Assembly (NCBI GenBank): GCA_029838195.1
Contig: JALGVJ010000003.1
Coordinates: 64,001 to 128,000, forward strand
Origin: Promethearchaeota archaeon
Lineage (GTDB): Archaea; Asgardarchaeota; Lokiarchaeia; Sigyniarchaeales; SOKP01
Reading direction: 5' to 3'
Length of the DNA stretch: 64,000 nt
The notes below the pieces were generated by a model, which was given only the letters and a program-made list of their open reading frames with translations, did no database searches and had not been told where the DNA came from. Of the stretch, positions 61,601 through 64,000 are shown one piece after another; position 1 is the first letter of the stretch; each line of letters begins with the position of its first letter. The position numbers were made by a program, and so were the translations under genes.

Positions 61601-61676
61601 TACCTATTGTTGATCTTACTTTTTGATTTCTTAGATCCTTAAAAGCGTAAATAAATGCCAGCTTGATATTAAACAT
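58653..61676 (-). CDS. large FtsX/MacB-family ABC permease (internally duplicated), paralog 1
   Basis: EEKIREFGIFRVLGA and ERKKEIGIVRTLGL motifs; same architecture as 46874-49861. Confidence 0.9.
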   Translation of the reverse strand: MFNIKLAFIYAFKDLRNQKVRSTIGIIGVMISVSLLSIILFLSDSITVSFVDYLATDAGDQDMVVSIRHYNGEPEDRSSYFKFQEVIQKIESTTDEIESYIPRMEATGTVYISESFESTKLTEFTQSVTISGIDFSLENSLGFGEFLDPDTGNSLGAINLPVYHCAIYHEFNDIIKYKKGDGIKIEMQIIHGDKTITKTKRLIIDYIFDYNLKWPSDYRSKNLIVVNIETLYRIFGYDVFKDRCSKLIMTFKHASDFYDVRDVKGSEIKVKEFASEIQLALGIEEYNIELPKLRMLGYSEMFSVGITIIFVFVSIIGMLISGILINGILNTSVEEKIREFGIFRVLGAYKNYNLAIVIIQGFLMCNIGTILGMIEAYFITDIFLLPFAENVLSSGFGLGNAGVEFAFNIVSVLIAYCLGIGVGLAVSIAPAMKVRRLQLIESIHPYRHEDTLYHLQKKSTINYKLILVGLILAGNGGFVYFIIPRLIITGDASLLAGTLLTILLIFNIGMTLAGMGLVPVILRLVLLIFQPISKKLHSVIRIFVFRYHRRNTSTVIIFAMSFSFVIFTATVLQTLSAQFTLNVRLRYGSDLVIETTGWETAQRSGQGGFGFFSTQDPFQESGEKEFLGNSEINPLAEEETYSIDPSRIMTVDFKTTLLQIEGVEIVSSVPATPFHLSQIYSQVGKEFSVEFGDYAGLTTQSISLYGIDEEYLTAIDTQYIKFTRGNRDEAFQQLFIEQETHACIISEAIGQSLNLNLGDKVRLIVERGDETENYPFIIVGMASSMPGFSGRFSGSSNAARNGGVLISQDLYLKLLDIPANVHVEKFFIKLNENAAKNSRQIEVFIEDTYKYYYDFRVINLDRQIRMNEQTFSTLDSIFSIVLYATVVICLFGLLSSSYSSIIERKKEIGIVRTLGLRGSDVNRLFILEALIIMTSSAIIGLITGWLTAWLLASNLNLLSDTPTDIVFPYMNVIIVYILSMLSVLIGMKVLLRRARTDKIIDIYRESL

Positions 61677-61725
61677 TCCGTTTCAAACGTAAATTTTTCT
61701 TGATTTTATTATGAGTGTGAGGAAA

Positions 61726-62901
61726 TTATTGTAAGATTAATAATTCACCTTGAATTTTGGCTTTTAAATTATTATCTTCGATTATTTCTTCCAAAATATC
61801 ATTAAAATGTTCGGGCAAGTTAAGAATAATGTCTCTAGGAATATGACTCCTAATATCACTAATTTTTATCTCGTTTTTTCCTTGCGAGGTAAATAAATAT
61901 TTATAAATGTGAGTCTTACATTTTTCCTTATTAAGTTCCATCTCTTTTTTACGGGTTAATTCCATGATTTCTGTTTCTTTCAACCCGCTGATTTTTCCTT
62001 CATGAGTTAATTTTCCATCTCTCATGTGAAAAACCCTCGTGGCAAATTCTGATACAGCAGCATCGTGAGAAACGGCAATGAATGTGGCCCCTTTTTTATT
62101 TAAATCTCTCAATAAATTGAGGATCATGACCCCTGTCTTGCTGTCTAAATCTCCCGTCGGCTCGTCTAGGACGCAGATTGCTGGGTCATTAGCAAATGCT
62201 CGAGCAATTGCTACACGTTGTTGTTCTCCTCCAGAGAGTTCCGAAGGCGTGTGGTGCGCTCTTTCATCCAAACCCACTAACCGTAATAGATCCATGGCTT
62301 TTTTCCGCTTCCCGCGGCGACTTAATTTACCAGAAAAATGTAACGGGACCATGACGTTTTCTAAGGCAGTCATCTGGGGCAGTAGATTGTAAAATTGAAA
62401 AACAAATCCAATTCTTTCTCTTCTTATATCTGCCAATTCATTATCGGATAACATGGAGATGTTTCTACCCTCTAAAAATATTTTTCCGCGTGTTGGTGTA
62501 TCTAATCCTCCAATTAGATTAAGAAGTGTCGTCTTTCCGCTTCCTGAGGGGCCCATTATATCAACAAAATCCCCTTTATCGATGGTCAAATCTACACCTC
62601 TAAGCGCAGCAACCGCAGTAGTCCCTAGCAAGTATGTTTTGTGAAGATTCTCAACCACAATTAAATGTTCATAATCTTTTCCTACTTCTTTATCTTCTTC
62701 AATTTCTCTTTTCTTGCGTTCTTTTTCTACTTTCGATTCTAAAAGTTTTTCCTTTTTTAATTCCTTGCGTTGTTGTTTTTCTTTCTTCTTTTTCCATTTT
62801 TGAAAATCTTTTGTTATCTGTCCCTTCCAAATAGCAAGTCTCCCAGTTTCCTCTTCATATTCTTCCATCAGAGGCGTTTTCATGGAAAATTTTTCACTCA
62901 T
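61726..62901 (-). CDS. ABC ATP-binding protein, LolD/MacB type, with N- and C-terminal extensions
   Basis: [41 protein letters not shown] and SHD. Confidence 0.94.
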   Translation of the reverse strand: MSEKFSMKTPLMEEYEEETGRLAIWKGQITKDFQKWKKKKEKQQRKELKKEKLLESKVEKERKKREIEEDKEVGKDYEHLIVVENLHKTYLLGTTAVAALRGVDLTIDKGDFVDIMGPSGSGKTTLLNLIGGLDTPTRGKIFLEGRNISMLSDNELADIRRERIGFVFQFYNLLPQMTALENVMVPLHFSGKLSRRGKRKKAMDLLRLVGLDERAHHTPSELSGGEQQRVAIARAFANDPAICVLDEPTGDLDSKTGVMILNLLRDLNKKGATFIAVSHDAAVSEFATRVFHMRDGKLTHEGKISGLKETEIMELTRKKEMELNKEKCKTHIYKYLFTSQGKNEIKISDIRSHIPRDIILNLPEHFNDILEEIIEDNNLKAKIQGELLILQ

Positions 62902-63064
62902 TTTTTTCCCCTATATAATATTAATAACTTAATTAAGTGATTAACAAAATTTCTCACGTGTTAGCGTGAATAATATTCCAGATTTATTAATTTTTTTTAT
63001 AATTTTTAATAAACCCCGCATGATGTTCCCATTTTTTCTTGTCATTAAATTCATTAATTCCTAT

Positions 63065-63280
63065 TCATTTTTCAACTTTCTTCTCCCCTTTTATCGTGTC
63101 CCATTTAATCGTCTCAACTTTTGTATTAAAATTCGTCTGCGTAAACGCTATGAGCTTACCATATAATTCTTGAAATTCCTTTAAATTGATACATTTATCT
63201 CTTTCTTCATCTGACTTGAAAGAGAGTATAATTGAATAGGAATGCATCGGAAGGCGCTTTAATCTCGTTTTTTGAGACAT
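63065..63280 (-). CDS. small hypothetical protein
   Basis: 71-aa ATG-initiated ORF with protein-like composition, upstream of the ABC operon on the same strand. Confidence 0.45.
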   Translation of the reverse strand: MSQKTRLKRLPMHSYSIILSFKSDEERDKCINLKEFQELYGKLIAFTQTNFNTKVETIKWDTIKGEKKVEK

Positions 63281-63733
63281 GACAAGTCAATAAATAGCAC
63301 TTTGATAATTAAAAAAAATCAATCCATATTAAATTATCGAAAAATGTAAACAAATGTTAACAAAATTCTTGTACCTTTAAATTCGTGTAAGTTCTCATTT
63401 CTCAAGAAATTAGTTCATTTCATTATTTAAAATTGATGGAAATACATTTTTTACGATAGAATGAATAGTTCCTTTATTGATTTTGTTTTTTCAATAAAAA
63501 AATAAATTTCCATGAGAAATCATGATGGATAAAAATTATTTTAATAACATTAAATAATAAAATACTCTACGAAAAGGAAATCAAAAAGTTAAACAATTAA
63601 TTACTTGTTTTCAGATCCCCGATATTTTAAAATTTTTTCAGGCATTGAAAAAAATTCTTTTCCCTATTTAATATTATAAACAAGGAAATTAACTAAATTT
63701 TATAAATGATAGAATTAAAAAAAGCTATATTAA

Positions 63734-64000
63734 TTATATCCCAAGTTCTTTTAATTTAGCTTTATTTTCAAGTACGATTTCTTTAGTCAAAGGGAAAAAT
63801 TTCCAAAAAATCAGAACTCCTGTTAATAATACAATTGCTGGAATCACTCCGGCAAGTAAGCGAATTCCGAAAAGCACTAAATTAATATCACCCCCAGCAG
63901 CCGTAACTGCTACTACCATGTCCTCATAAGTAGCTTGACCCGGTATAAAACCAGTGAGATTATGAACAAGGGCAATAAGTCCTTCATCGATTGTCGTAAA
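63734..64000 (-). CDS. GPH-family MFS transporter, 3' end only
   Basis: The frame is open to the window edge. LVHNLTGF...GIRLLAGVIP...FWKFFPLT...LKELGI parallels the C-terminus of 9740-11149. Confidence 0.8.
   Translation of the reverse strand, partial: FTTIDEGLIALVHNLTGFIPGQATYEDMVVAVTAAGGDINLVLFGIRLLAGVIPAIVLLTGVLIFWKFFPLTKEIVLENKAKLKELGI

Overview
This is a low-GC archaeal chromosomal window that is almost certainly from a Lokiarchaeote (Asgard). The evidence is the classic ESCRT locus (Vps22/36-like, Vps25-like, Vps4, ESCRT-III), the archaeal ribosomal proteins eS1 and uS15, intron-containing tRNAs, a small GTPase and a longin-like protein. About 45 CDS are supported, covering housekeeping, saccharide/lipid scavenging and nickel-pincer (larB, larC, nikR) functions. 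Top leads: (1) a 16-kb five-gene operon at 46874-62901 encoding a LolD/MacB-type ATPase, two paralogous giant FtsX-type permeases, a 1284-aa surface protein and a 1621-aa membrane-anchored subtilase with a cytoplasmic double zinc ribbon, which may be an undescribed surface-remodelling system related to protist FtsX-like permeases; (2) a MIT-TPR fusion that may be an ESCRT-III adaptor; (3) an ESCRT-III gene that appears to start at ATA, which restores its N-terminal amphipathic helix; (4) a tRNA-Gly with two non-canonical introns; (5) a short-tailed, alpha3-truncated histone; (6) a sulfatase/MFS cassette bracketed by a 127-bp direct repeat. All family calls come from motif recognition by eye; no searches were run.
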